A DNA stretch of 64,000 nt from an uncultured Vicinamibacteraceae bacterium (GTDB lineage: Bacteria; Acidobacteriota; Vicinamibacteria; Vicinamibacterales; UBA8438). Below are positions 27,307-37,408 of this stretch, in pieces (the stretch's first letter is position 1; each line of letters begins with the position of its first letter). A program made the translations under genes and the position numbers. The notes under the pieces are model-generated. The model saw only the letters and a list, made by a program, of their open reading frames with translations, did no database searches and was not told the DNA's origin. Location: the NCBI GenBank assembly GCA_964507425.1, contig CAZDQD010000112.1:5808-69807 (forward strand), read 5' to 3'.

Positions 27307-28292
27307 TGAGGGTTTTGATAACAGGGGTGACTGGATTTACAGGAGGTCACTTAGCTCGGTCGTTGCTGGATTCAGGTTACAGCGTGCGCGGTCTAGTACG
27401 ACCAAGAAGTGAATCGCAAGCCTCAGGTTTGGTCAAGCGTGGACTTGAAGTCTGCTTTGGTGACCTGACTGACCCAATGTCTTTGAGGCTCGCATGTGAG
27501 CATGTGGATGTAGTGTTTCACATAGCGGCGACTTACCGCACGGCGGGACACGGTGCTTCAACTTATCATTCCGTTAACGTTGACGGCACAAAACACTTAA
27601 TGGAGTCTGCTCTTGCCGTTGGCGTCAAACGTTTCGTCCATTGCAGCACTGGTGGTGTTCACGGGCACGTCGAAGACCCTCCCGCGAACGAAGATTCTCC
27701 GTTCGCGCCGGGTGATATTTATCAGCGCAGTAAACTTGAGGCCGAACAATACGTGCGTGAATTTGGTCTAACCCAGAACATCGATGTCGTTATTGCAAGG
27801 CCCATTGGCATTTACGGCCCTGGGGATCTGAGATTTGCAAAAATGTTTCGTGGGATTGCCCGTGGTCGGATGCCATTACTCGGAAACGGTCAGGTGTTCT
27901 ATCACCTCACTTACATTGATGATCTTGTGCAAGGGTTTCGCTTGTGTGGAGAGACTTCAGGCGCGCGCGGTCGGACCTATCTACTCGCAGGATCAAAATA
28001 CACGACTCTTGAAGAACTTATGGGGTTAATTGCTTCCGAACTGGGCGTGTCGCCACCTCGTATGCATTGGCCCGTGTGGCCCGTGTGGATAGCAGGGGCG
28101 ATTTGCGAGGCTGCGTGCGTGCCACTTCGGATTGAGCCACCGCTTCACCGACGACGCGTGGATTTTTTTACTAAAAGTCGCGCGTTTGATACGACGCGTG
28201 CACGAAGAGAGCTCGGGTTTTCCCCGGCCGTCGACTTAACGGAAGGGATTCGACGGACAGCTGACTGGTATCGTAGAAACGGACTGTTGTGA
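27306..28292 (+). CDS. NAD-dependent sugar epimerase/dehydratase (SDR)
   Basis: ITGVTGFTGGHL Rossmann motif and YQRSK catalytic YxxxK. TAGTG overlap with the upstream GT4. Confidence 0.85.
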   Translation: MRVLITGVTGFTGGHLARSLLDSGYSVRGLVRPRSESQASGLVKRGLEVCFGDLTDPMSLRLACEHVDVVFHIAATYRTAGHGASTYHSVNVDGTKHLMESALAVGVKRFVHCSTGGVHGHVEDPPANEDSPFAPGDIYQRSKLEAEQYVREFGLTQNIDVVIARPIGIYGPGDLRFAKMFRGIARGRMPLLGNGQVFYHLTYIDDLVQGFRLCGETSGARGRTYLLAGSKYTTLEELMGLIASELGVSPPRMHWPVWPVWIAGAICEAACVPLRIEPPLHRRRVDFFTKSRAFDTTRARRELGFSPAVDLTEGIRRTADWYRRNGLL

Positions 28293-28309
28293 AGGAGAAA
28301 GAGGAGAGC

Positions 28310-29536
28310 GTGCGTCGACACGGAGAAGACACAAAGGAACGATTGAATATCGTTCAGATTTGCGATCATTTGGGATGGCCAGGTTCGCGGATGCACGGAG
28401 TTAAACGACTGTTCGCTTGGATGATTCCCCGGTTTGATCCATCGCGTTACAACGTGTCACTCATTAGCCTTCGTTCTCCTGATACGTCCGAAGATCGGCT
28501 TGAGGATTTAGGTGTTAACGTGACGTATTTGGCAAGGTCTAAGTTCGATCCGAGAACACTTGTAGACCTTCTCCAAGCTTTCGATCAACTCGGTGGTGCC
28601 GATGTTATCCACATGCATGGCTACGGTGCGACAACATTTGGACGTCTCGCTGCGGCCTGGCGAGGTATTCCCACGCTGCTCCATGAGCATGCCAATCTGA
28701 CCGATACACCGTGGTTTCAAAAGGTTGCCGACCACATGCTGGCACCACATACAGATTTGGCGATAGCCGTATCAAGGTCGACTGCTGATTTTGTAGTCAA
28801 GGCGAGACTCATTCCCGATGAACGTACGAGAGTCGTTTACCTCGGGGCTCCGGTCGATGAGTTTGCACGTAAGAGAACAGCGGAGGAGCGGCAAGCCGCT
28901 CGAGAAGCATTGGGGCTTCCTTGCAACGCGACAGTTGTCGGGACAGTTACGCGGCTGATGCCGTCGAAAGGGAACCAATATTTTGTCGAGGCGGCACGTT
29001 TGATACTTAACCGTCGTCCTGAGACATATTTCTGTATCGTGGGTGAGGGTGAACTCGAAGAAGAATTACGAACACAAGCGAACGCTTTGGGTCTATCTGG
29101 ACGAATGGTGTTTCCAGGGTTTACACGAGATGTAGCAGGGGCGTTCGATGCGTTTGATGTGGTTGTGTTTCCGTCGCTATGGGAGGGGACGCCTTTGACG
29201 GCCTTTGAGGCACTATCTGCAGGGAGACCGATTGTGGCTACGGACGCGGACGGGCTTCTCGATATCTTAAGTGATGGTCGTGACGCATTGATCGTGCCAA
29301 AGCGTGATAGCGGTGCACTGACGACAGCAGTGCTTGAGCTGTTAGACGATCCAGACCGATGTGGTGTGTTGAGCCGCGGTGCGCGTGAAACGGGAGCAGG
29401 CTATGACATCAATGCTTTTGTCCATAAAATGGAACAGTTATATGAGGTGATGCACGCGATGTCGCCGTCCGCGGGCCGTACTGCGCTTGCAGCATCTGAC
29501 CTCAGTTTCTTGTCGGGGACTAATCACCACACGTAA
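28310..29536 (+). CDS. Glycosyltransferase family 4
   Basis: PSLWEGTPLTAFEALSAGRPIVATDADG (E-x7-E motif). GTG 28310, preceded by GAGGAG, preferred over the ORF maximum GTG 28289. Confidence 0.8.
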   Translation: MRRHGEDTKERLNIVQICDHLGWPGSRMHGVKRLFAWMIPRFDPSRYNVSLISLRSPDTSEDRLEDLGVNVTYLARSKFDPRTLVDLLQAFDQLGGADVIHMHGYGATTFGRLAAAWRGIPTLLHEHANLTDTPWFQKVADHMLAPHTDLAIAVSRSTADFVVKARLIPDERTRVVYLGAPVDEFARKRTAEERQAAREALGLPCNATVVGTVTRLMPSKGNQYFVEAARLILNRRPETYFCIVGEGELEEELRTQANALGLSGRMVFPGFTRDVAGAFDAFDVVVFPSLWEGTPLTAFEALSAGRPIVATDADGLLDILSDGRDALIVPKRDSGALTTAVLELLDDPDRCGVLSRGARETGAGYDINAFVHKMEQLYEVMHAMSPSAGRTALAASDLSFLSGTNHHT

Positions 29537-29551
29537 ACCATTTTTGTCACA

Positions 29552-31423
29552 ATGATAGGTATGCAGGGCAACCGTAGTGGACTGCTAGGTCGTTTTGATC
29601 TCGGCGTTGTCACGGCGGGGATTCTTCTTGTTATTGGTTGCGGCGCAGCATTATCCATTGACGTAGTTCGTGCTGGGTATGGCCTCAAAGGCGATGAGGC
29701 GTCATACATCACGATGGCATTAAGCGCTGCGCACGACGGAGATTTAGCCTACGAAGCCAGAGACATCGAGAGATTTTATCGGCTGTACAACTCTGGACCC
29801 GAAGGTATTCACTTGAAGCGCGGAGGGGATGGACAGGAAGATCGCCTCTACATTGGGAAGGCTTTTATCTATTCCCTTGTGGCTGCTCCCTTTGTGATGC
29901 TCGCGGGCCTTAACGGCATATTGCTTCTACATGTGTTGCTACTTGGTGGGATGCTGTACTTGGGGTTCCGCTTTCTTAGTGTGCGGTCATCTGTATGGCT
30001 TGCAGCGATATATACCGTGGGGTTTCTTGGGGTGTCGATCGTGCCTTTGTATGCCCTGTATATGACATCCGATTTGTTCAATGTTGCGGTCGTTTTCTAT
30101 GCATATTTTCTTTGGCTGTACAAAGAAATTGCGCTGCCGAGCGATGGCTTTTCTGGTCGATTGCACGGTAGATGGACTGACCTTGCGGCAGCCGGCTTGT
30201 TGGGGCTCGCCACGTTTTCAAAACCGACAAACGTATTGTTGATTGGCCCGCTTATTTTATTGGCGTTGAGTCGGCGACAGATCCGTTCTGGGCTTGCTAT
30301 GGGTGTGGTCTTTGGCGGCGTCGGTCTTGCCGGATTGCTAGTTACCGCTTTTGTGATGGGTGAATTGGATCGCGACCTTGGATTAATGGAATTACTTTTC
30401 ATTTTTCAGGGTGGCGATCGGAAGATTTTTTATGGAACGTTTCCGTTTGAGCGGGTCGGAGCAACCTTTGAATCTCTTGGTATTTCGATGACCACGAATA
30501 CCTTTGTCGTTGAAGAACCTCTGGGACTGATGGGTTTCTTTCGATTGCTCGGGACAAACCTCTGGTACTTCTTAGTGGGACGACATTTTGGGTTGCTTCC
30601 ATTTTTCTTTCCTGGTCTGGTGGCTGTTTGGTGTTTTGTTCGGTACAAATCAGAGTGGACACTCTGGCGATGGGCAATACTTAGCACCGTGTTAGTCGCT
30701 GCAGTGGGGCTGGCGGTGTACATGCCCTACACTTGGTCTGGCGGCGGTGGGCCAGCAGGTAACAGGTATTACCTAAGTTTCTATCCGGCCTTCTTTTTTC
30801 TTACTCCGACATTGGGAACCATTGCGCCGCTGATGGCCTGGTTGGGCGGCGGGCTGTTTACAGCGCAGATTCTACTTAACCCGTTTGTTTCAGCCGACCG
30901 TCCGTACCTTTTTGTCGAGCGCGGCTTATTACGGACATTGCCTGTCGAACTTACGATGGTGAATGACTTGCCGATCAATCTCGATGCGCCACGGTCTCGC
31001 GTTTCGCATGGAGACCCGGCTGTCCTACTCTACTACCTCGATCACAATGCCTATTTGCCTGAGCCGGATGGGGTGTGGATTGCAGCGCAGAAAAGGGCGG
31101 ACATCGTAGTTCGGAGTGGCCCACCATTGTTCGAGGTGGTTTTAACTTTGATGTCGCCCGTCAAGAACACGGTCTCTTTGCAGATGGGTGGTGCGTGGCG
31201 CCAGGTAGATCTTGAGCCGGGTATACGACGTGATATTACATTGGTTCCGGATGGCGTTTATTCGAGACGTAGTTGGGCCTATTTGTTGTCTGTAAGAACC
31301 GACAACGGTTTCGTACCGAAACTTGTCGAGTCAGGTTCTGATGATTCCCGCTTTCTGGGTGTGTTGTTGAATGTGATAGCGAGACCTGGCGATCAAAGGG
31401 GGCCGGCGCTGTCCGGTTGGTAA
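29552..31423 (+). CDS. GT-C fold (ArnT/PMT-like) polytopic membrane glycosyltransferase with a C-terminal soluble domain
   Basis: 623 aa with more than 10 TM helices. The first periplasmic loop has GLKGDEASYITMAL (DE motif typical of GT-C). Confidence 0.6.
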   Translation: MIGMQGNRSGLLGRFDLGVVTAGILLVIGCGAALSIDVVRAGYGLKGDEASYITMALSAAHDGDLAYEARDIERFYRLYNSGPEGIHLKRGGDGQEDRLYIGKAFIYSLVAAPFVMLAGLNGILLLHVLLLGGMLYLGFRFLSVRSSVWLAAIYTVGFLGVSIVPLYALYMTSDLFNVAVVFYAYFLWLYKEIALPSDGFSGRLHGRWTDLAAAGLLGLATFSKPTNVLLIGPLILLALSRRQIRSGLAMGVVFGGVGLAGLLVTAFVMGELDRDLGLMELLFIFQGGDRKIFYGTFPFERVGATFESLGISMTTNTFVVEEPLGLMGFFRLLGTNLWYFLVGRHFGLLPFFFPGLVAVWCFVRYKSEWTLWRWAILSTVLVAAVGLAVYMPYTWSGGGGPAGNRYYLSFYPAFFFLTPTLGTIAPLMAWLGGGLFTAQILLNPFVSADRPYLFVERGLLRTLPVELTMVNDLPINLDAPRSRVSHGDPAVLLYYLDHNAYLPEPDGVWIAAQKRADIVVRSGPPLFEVVLTLMSPVKNTVSLQMGGAWRQVDLEPGIRRDITLVPDGVYSRRSWAYLLSVRTDNGFVPKLVESGSDDSRFLGVLLNVIARPGDQRGPALSGW

Positions 31424-31503
31424 ACGGTCGTCGGTAGCCGGAACCAGCCAAGTTATACGTCCAGTAATTTTCAGCATCTTCCAGCTCGGGTATCCTTGTT
31501 GCT

Positions 31504-32547
31504 GTGAAGCGTATCGTCGTAGCTACGTCGCATCCGTTGTTCGCCTCGGGCGGGCACCTGGTTATTGCGAATGCCCTTGTCAAAGCGCTGTCCGATTGTG
31601 GCTATGATGCGAGTTTGTTGCTTACGCCACAGAATCGATTCGGACGTCAAGGGTCGGCCTATCTAGCAACATGGTTAACCGATGTTGCGCAGGCGCACGA
31701 CAGTCGGAATGTTGATCAGGTGATCAGCCTTCGATTTCCGAGTTATGCGCTACAACACAGCCGACATGTTTGTTGGCTGAATCATCGGATGCGCGAGTAC
31801 TACGACCAATGGTCGTGGTTTGCGAGACAGTTATCGTGGCCTTCTTGGATAAAGGAAGGTCTTCGACGTGGAGTCATACACACAGTCGATCGCTACTTGT
31901 TGACAGATTCCGTCAGTCGCGTTTGCGCGCAGTCGAAAACCATTCAGGCGCGACTGATGAAATGGGGCAGTATCACCTCAGAGGTAGTCTATCCGCCGGC
32001 TCCACCACGACCTTATCGTTGCGAAAAGTACGGTGATTATTTGCTGGTGCCGTCGAGACTCACGACATTGAAGCGTGTTGACATGGTCTTGGACGCGTTG
32101 CTCGAACCGGAGGCTATGGCTGTACGGTGTGTGATAGTTGGGGATGGCGACCAACGGACTGCGCTTGCTGCACGTGTGGCGGAATATGGACTTTCTGGAC
32201 GCGTGACGATGACTGGTCACGTGAGTGATAGTACGTTGGTAGATTATTTCGGTAAGTGTCGAGCAGTGTGTGTGCCTGCGGTTGACGAAGATTATGGACT
32301 TGTGACGGTTGAATCCTTTGCATCGGCGAAGCCGGTAATTACGTGTAGCGATAGTGGTGGTCCATCGGAATTAGTTACAAGCGAAGAAAATGGTCTTGTG
32401 GTCCGTCCTGAGTCTAGTGAATTAGCGAAGGCTATTGGTCGTATGATGGACGATGTGGACCTGGCGGAGCAATGTGGCCAGGTCGCGTATCAACAATCGA
32501 AGTCGATGACCTGGGAGCAAACTGTGCGTCAGCTTGTGCTCGTATAG
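31504..32547 (+). CDS. Glycosyltransferase family 4
   Basis: VDEDYGLVTVESFASAKPVITCSDSGGPSELV (E-x7-E region). GTG start. Confidence 0.8.
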   Translation: MKRIVVATSHPLFASGGHLVIANALVKALSDCGYDASLLLTPQNRFGRQGSAYLATWLTDVAQAHDSRNVDQVISLRFPSYALQHSRHVCWLNHRMREYYDQWSWFARQLSWPSWIKEGLRRGVIHTVDRYLLTDSVSRVCAQSKTIQARLMKWGSITSEVVYPPAPPRPYRCEKYGDYLLVPSRLTTLKRVDMVLDALLEPEAMAVRCVIVGDGDQRTALAARVAEYGLSGRVTMTGHVSDSTLVDYFGKCRAVCVPAVDEDYGLVTVESFASAKPVITCSDSGGPSELVTSEENGLVVRPESSELAKAIGRMMDDVDLAEQCGQVAYQQSKSMTWEQTVRQLVLV

Positions 32548-32577
32548 ACTGACAGCGGCCTGGAACGTAGAGACGCG

Positions 32578-33381
32578 ATGGCATACCAAAGTACTCTTGA
32601 AGCGAAACTCGCCCGGAAAACCACGAGAGCGATTAAGGCATTTGATCTCATCGAAGATGGGGATCGGGTGATGGTTGGCTTGTCTGGTGGCAAGGATAGC
32701 TGGGCGCTGATGAACATTCTCGATGTGTTGCGCCGGCGTGCTCCTATTGAGTTTTCATTGATCGCTGTTAACGTCGATTCTGGATATTCAGATTACAAAC
32801 ACGGTGTAATTTCGAAGACTTGTGAGTCGCGCGGATGGGAATACCGGATCGAACATACTGCCATAGGGGATATTTTGGATGACGTTCTCGATGCAGATGC
32901 GACGCCGTGTTCACTTTGTGCGAGGTTGCGGCGAGGAGTGTTGTATCGCTTAGCAGAGGATGTTGGCGCGACCAAAATTGCCTTGGGGCATCATGCGGAT
33001 GATTTTGTCGAGACGCTACTACTGAATCTATTTTTTTCTGGTTCATTGAAAGCCATGCCAGCGCGATTACTTTCCGACGATGGCGAGCATGTTGTTATCC
33101 GACCGCTTGTGTACGTGGCGGAAGATGAAGCGCGGGCGTACACGCGTGAATGTAATCTTGAGGTCATCGGATGCTGTTGTCCTGTGTGTGGGGATTTAAG
33201 TCTAAAACGTCAACGAATCAAGAGGTGGTTACTAGAATTAGAACGTGAGCACCCCGACATCAAGAGCTCGATGATAAAAGCGCTTAGTAATGTTGCGCCA
33301 AGGCATTTACTCGATACTCGCCTTAATCCCCTTACTGCCCTTCGTGTGGAAGCCACGACACGTCTCACTGCGGCTTACTGA
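32578..33381 (+). CDS. ttcA: tRNA 2-thiocytidine biosynthesis protein TtcA
   Basis: PP-loop GLSGGKDS and Cys clusters CSLC and CCCPVCG. Confidence 0.88.
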   Translation: MAYQSTLEAKLARKTTRAIKAFDLIEDGDRVMVGLSGGKDSWALMNILDVLRRRAPIEFSLIAVNVDSGYSDYKHGVISKTCESRGWEYRIEHTAIGDILDDVLDADATPCSLCARLRRGVLYRLAEDVGATKIALGHHADDFVETLLLNLFFSGSLKAMPARLLSDDGEHVVIRPLVYVAEDEARAYTRECNLEVIGCCCPVCGDLSLKRQRIKRWLLELEREHPDIKSSMIKALSNVAPRHLLDTRLNPLTALRVEATTRLTAAY

Positions 33382-33391
33382 TTGAGGCGAA

Positions 33392-33841
33392 ATGCGAGCT
33401 GTGGTGCAAAGGGTCAGGCGCGCTTCAGTGCGTGTTGACGGCAAGTCAGTTGGCTCGATTGAAAAAGGGCTTTTGGTATTTGTTGGTATCGGACGAGGCG
33501 ATCTGGACCAAGATGTCTCGTATATAGCAGACAAGCTGTCCACACTTCGGCTATTTGATGACGATGATGGAAAGATGAATTGGTCCGTGTCCGACGTGGG
33601 TGGGTCGCTTCTTGTTGTCTCGCAATTCACACTGTTCGCTGATTGTCGTCGTGGACGACGTCCGTCGTATACGGAGGCGGCTGGTTCAGAAACGGCTAGG
33701 CAACTCTACGAAAATGTAATTGATCGGCTTCGACGACACGGTTGTTCGGTTCAGACGGGCACGTTTCAAGCCCATATGGACGTCGAATGCGTTAATGACG
33801 GTCCAGTCACGGTTCTCCTCGATAGTAACCGTGTATTTTGA
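33392..33841 (+). CDS. dtd: D-aminoacyl-tRNA deacylase
   Basis: MRAVVQRV N-terminus, VSQFTL, NDGPVT; 149 aa. Confidence 0.92.
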   Translation: MRAVVQRVRRASVRVDGKSVGSIEKGLLVFVGIGRGDLDQDVSYIADKLSTLRLFDDDDGKMNWSVSDVGGSLLVVSQFTLFADCRRGRRPSYTEAAGSETARQLYENVIDRLRRHGCSVQTGTFQAHMDVECVNDGPVTVLLDSNRVF

Positions 33842-34416
33842 CCCTGCCAGCGGTGCTGATGCGTAAACACAATTTGGCGGTCGTTGCTCTTCTGGGGGAG
33901 TCTGTTTTGGCGGGAATCGGGTTCCTGTGGATCTCGTGGCGTGGTTTGCCTTTGGAGATTGGCACCGGAGGAATAGTCACCAACGTGGGTCTTGGCATAT
34001 TTGCCGCTGCGGTGATGGTTTTACTGAACTATGCGGTGCTTTGGTGGGCACCGCCTGTCCGTGTTGTCCGCGATATCAGGTGCTTGTATCGACAGACGTT
34101 TCAGCCCTTGGTGGCTCGTGTGGGAATTCTGGAGCTCGTGTTGATTGCCGCAGCGGCCGGAATTGGGGAAGAGATACTGTTTCGGGGAGCGCTTCAGCCT
34201 GAAGTTGGGCTCATCTGGTCGAGCGTGATTTTTGGGGGGCTCCATACCTCTAGCCGGGAGACGTTGGCATTTGGTGTGTGGGCTATGTTTATGGGATACG
34301 GACTTGGTTTTCTTGCGGCCGGGACCAATGGGCTACTAGCGCCGACGGTAGCTCACGGTGTGTACGATGCCGTTGCGATTGGTTATTTGCGATGGGGCAA
34401 GTTGGGATGTCAGTAG
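33838..34416 (+). CDS. CPBP-family intramembrane glutamic endopeptidase (CAAX protease-like)
   Basis: GEEILFRG motif, later FGGLH and AHGVYD motifs, multi-TM. Start is TTG 33838 or ATG 33859. Confidence 0.8.
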   Translation: MTLPAVLMRKHNLAVVALLGESVLAGIGFLWISWRGLPLEIGTGGIVTNVGLGIFAAAVMVLLNYAVLWWAPPVRVVRDIRCLYRQTFQPLVARVGILELVLIAAAAGIGEEILFRGALQPEVGLIWSSVIFGGLHTSSRETLAFGVWAMFMGYGLGFLAAGTNGLLAPTVAHGVYDAVAIGYLRWGKLGCQ

Positions 34417-34468
34417 GTTTGTGATTCGCGGGACTGCGGTACAAACCTGCATGCTTTAAGATCAACGA

Positions 34469-35320
34469 ATGCAGAAATATCTTCGCCTCTTCTCGATCAT
34501 CCTTGCTTTTGTAGTAGTCGGTGCACCGGTGGACGCGCAGCAGCGTCCTCTACTCACCGAGGATCCAGAGTCGGTTGGTGATGGTTTAGTGCTGCTTGAA
34601 ACGGGAATCAGTCATGCGTGGGACCAACCGTTTCCTGTCTCCGGTCTTGAAGGAAATTTATTGAGTGGACCACAGCTTGGTTTGAGTTTTGGCATGGGGG
34701 CGAATGCAGAGTTTCAAATCGATGGTGTGTCCTTTAACCGTTTAGGAATTGCGGACCGAACTGATGCGCCGCTGTCTCACATGTTGACCGTGACGGATAG
34801 TTCGACAAGAAGCTTCGACGATATTGTTGTCGGTGGGAAGGTTAAAGTAGTAAGTGAGGGGTCACGAATGCCTGCCGTGGCGTTGCGGTTTGCGACACGG
34901 TTGCCTAATGCAAGTAATGAGAGTGGACTCGGACTCGACACGATGGATTTTTTCCAAGCCCTTCTTGTTGGTAAGACCATTCAGTCTGTACGAATTGTGG
35001 GAAATATTGGCGTTGGTATCCTTTCTGACCCCACACGCGGCGATCGCCAAAATGACGTTTTGACTTATGGAATATCTCTGGCACGCGCGTTTGCAGAGGG
35101 GGCGGAGATCGTTGGTGACGTAAATGGTCGAATCAGTACCCGGAAGGGAAGTCCGCCTCCAGGAACTGGAAGTCGCGGTCGGATTACTTTTGGTGTGCGG
35201 TACACGAAAGGCTCCGTGCGTGTAGACGGGGGAGTTTTTAATGGACTGACACCTCAGGATTCAAGTATCGGGCTAACGGGCGGTATCACTTGGGTTTTTA
35301 GTAATTTCATCACACCTTAG
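34469..35320 (+). CDS. Outer-membrane beta-barrel of the MetA-pathway/phenol-degradation-like transporter family
   Basis: Signal peptide ending PVDAQQ, then RPLLTEDPESVGDGLVLLETG, typical of that family's N-terminus. 283 aa. Confidence 0.55.
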   Translation: MQKYLRLFSIILAFVVVGAPVDAQQRPLLTEDPESVGDGLVLLETGISHAWDQPFPVSGLEGNLLSGPQLGLSFGMGANAEFQIDGVSFNRLGIADRTDAPLSHMLTVTDSSTRSFDDIVVGGKVKVVSEGSRMPAVALRFATRLPNASNESGLGLDTMDFFQALLVGKTIQSVRIVGNIGVGILSDPTRGDRQNDVLTYGISLARAFAEGAEIVGDVNGRISTRKGSPPPGTGSRGRITFGVRYTKGSVRVDGGVFNGLTPQDSSIGLTGGITWVFSNFITP

Positions 35321-35329
35321 GCAAACAAC

Positions 35330-36151
35330 ATGACGATTGATTGTGTAAAAGCTCACGCCTACGGCAATGATTTTCTCTTGAGTCCAAGCCGACAGGTAAC
35401 AGAATCTGCTCGTGTTGAGCTCGCGCGCCGGATGTGTCATCGACATACGGGTATAGGTGCAGACGGCCTTATTTTTTATTCACGGACGAAGAGTGGCGCG
35501 GTAATGACTCTGTATAACGCGGATGGTAGCGAGGCCGAAGTGTCTGGCAATGGTGTGCGATGTCTCGCGGCTGTACTGGCATCTATGAAGGAACATCTGC
35601 CGGTCGGTGGTCCCAATATCGTCATAGAAACTGAAGGCGGGATCAAAACCCTTGAGCTGCTGGAATCAGCGCATCCGCGATACTTTTTTCGCGCTGATAT
35701 GGGGAAGCCCGAGAATATCCATCAGGAAGTGTTAGACGTTGAAGGTGAATCAGTATCGGTTGTTACGCTATCCGTTGGTAATCCACAGTGTATTGTGTTG
35801 ATGCCATCATATGCGGAGGCCGAACGTCGGTTTCGTGAACTTGGACCAAAGTTGACATCACATCGGCGGTTTAAGCTGGGAACCAATGTGGAACTGGTCG
35901 TTGTTGAACGGCCAGATCAGATCCGTATTCTTATTTGGGAGCGTGGAGTTGGTCCGACGTCGGCTTCAGGTACTGGAGCCTGCGCGTCGGCTGTCGCAGC
36001 AGCGAGTTTTGGTGGCGCTAACAGGTTGGTAGATGTAGTTGCTCCCGGTGGGAGCCAGCGGGTGGAATGGCTGGAAACGCAGATCGTACTCACTGGCTGG
36101 GCTGAGTTGCTAATGAGTGGAAAATGGTCTGGGACTGCAAAGATTGGTTAA
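35330..36151 (+). CDS. dapF: Diaminopimelate epimerase
   Basis: KAHAYGNDFL, SGNGVRC (first catalytic Cys), SGTGACA (second catalytic Cys). Confidence 0.9.
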   Translation: MTIDCVKAHAYGNDFLLSPSRQVTESARVELARRMCHRHTGIGADGLIFYSRTKSGAVMTLYNADGSEAEVSGNGVRCLAAVLASMKEHLPVGGPNIVIETEGGIKTLELLESAHPRYFFRADMGKPENIHQEVLDVEGESVSVVTLSVGNPQCIVLMPSYAEAERRFRELGPKLTSHRRFKLGTNVELVVVERPDQIRILIWERGVGPTSASGTGACASAVAAASFGGANRLVDVVAPGGSQRVEWLETQIVLTGWAELLMSGKWSGTAKIG

Positions 36152-36157
36152 CAACGA

Positions 36158-37390
36158 ATGACACGATTGTTATATCTCGATTGTTATTCCGGTGCTTCCG
36201 GAGACATGATCTTAGGTGCGCTTTTGGATGTTGGTGTGTCTTTCGATGGACTAACCGAGGTGGTCGCGTCTTTGGGTCTCAGCGGTGTGACGGTTGAGCG
36301 TTCGTCTGTCAATCGAAGTGGGATTAGCGCAACAAAGTTTTCGGTTGTTGATGGCGCGTCTGGTTCCTCGAAGGTGGGCAATGGACACACACATAGCCAC
36401 GAACATCATCACCATGATCATCGTGGCCTGTCTGAGATTACGTCAATTATTGAGCGGTCAAGCCTACCAGCGACCTCTCGCGATCGCGCAGTAACGTTGT
36501 TCCGGCGTTTGGCTGAAATTGAGGCAGAGATTCATCAGATGCCTGTTGAACAGGTGCATCTTCATGAGGTTGGCGCGGTTGATTCGATTGTGGATATCGT
36601 TGGTTCCGTCTACGCACTTGATGCACTGGGCATTGATCGAATTGTTGCTTCACCACTCAATGTCGGTTCTGGGACAGTGAAATGTGAACATGGCGAGTTG
36701 CCTGTTCCGGCTCCAGCGACAGCGGAGCTTTTGGTCGGCACGCCAATTTATGCTGCAGGCCCAGCCGTGGAACTGTTAACACCGACCGGGGCGTTGTTGT
36801 TGACCGATTACGTTGATGAGTTTGGGTCCCTGCCGCCAATGCGCATTGAAAAGATTGGTTATGGAGCAGGCGATCATGATTTTAAGCATAGGCCGAACGT
36901 ACTACGAGCTTTGGTCGGTGTTCCGTCAGGCAAGGTTGGTTCGCAAACGGTGGTTGTGCTGGAGTGCGAGATTGACGACATGAATCCCCAGATCTACGGG
37001 GTTTTGATGGATCGCCTTATGGATGCGGGGGCTCTAGATGTGTTTTATGCGCCGATACAGATGAAGAAGAATCGTCCTGGGACTTTAGTGACAGTAGTCA
37101 GCTCACCGGACAAACGCGAATCACTTGTGGGTTTGTTGTTTGCCGAATCAACAACGATAGGATTACGAATTACAGAGACTTCTCGTGAGTGCCTCGATCG
37201 TGACATTGTACGGGTGCAGAGCCCGGTTGGTTCAATACGGGTGAAAGTGGCTCGTCGTCACGGCGTGATAGTAAATGTGTCGCCGGAGTTTGATGATTGC
37301 GTTCGTATTGCAGACGAACGTGGGTGTGGCGTAAAAGATATTCAAGCGATCGCAATGAAGGCGTGGCTGGACCAAAGTGAGACCGATTAG
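36158..37390 (+). CDS. larC: LarC-family nickel insertion protein (DUF111)
   Basis: N-terminus LLYLDCYSGASGDMILGALLD, His-rich stretch HTHSHEHHHHDH, 410 aa. Confidence 0.85.
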   Translation: MTRLLYLDCYSGASGDMILGALLDVGVSFDGLTEVVASLGLSGVTVERSSVNRSGISATKFSVVDGASGSSKVGNGHTHSHEHHHHDHRGLSEITSIIERSSLPATSRDRAVTLFRRLAEIEAEIHQMPVEQVHLHEVGAVDSIVDIVGSVYALDALGIDRIVASPLNVGSGTVKCEHGELPVPAPATAELLVGTPIYAAGPAVELLTPTGALLLTDYVDEFGSLPPMRIEKIGYGAGDHDFKHRPNVLRALVGVPSGKVGSQTVVVLECEIDDMNPQIYGVLMDRLMDAGALDVFYAPIQMKKNRPGTLVTVVSSPDKRESLVGLLFAESTTIGLRITETSRECLDRDIVRVQSPVGSIRVKVARRHGVIVNVSPEFDDCVRIADERGCGVKDIQAIAMKAWLDQSETD

Positions 37391-37408
37391 CGTGGTTGGT
37401 GTAACACT

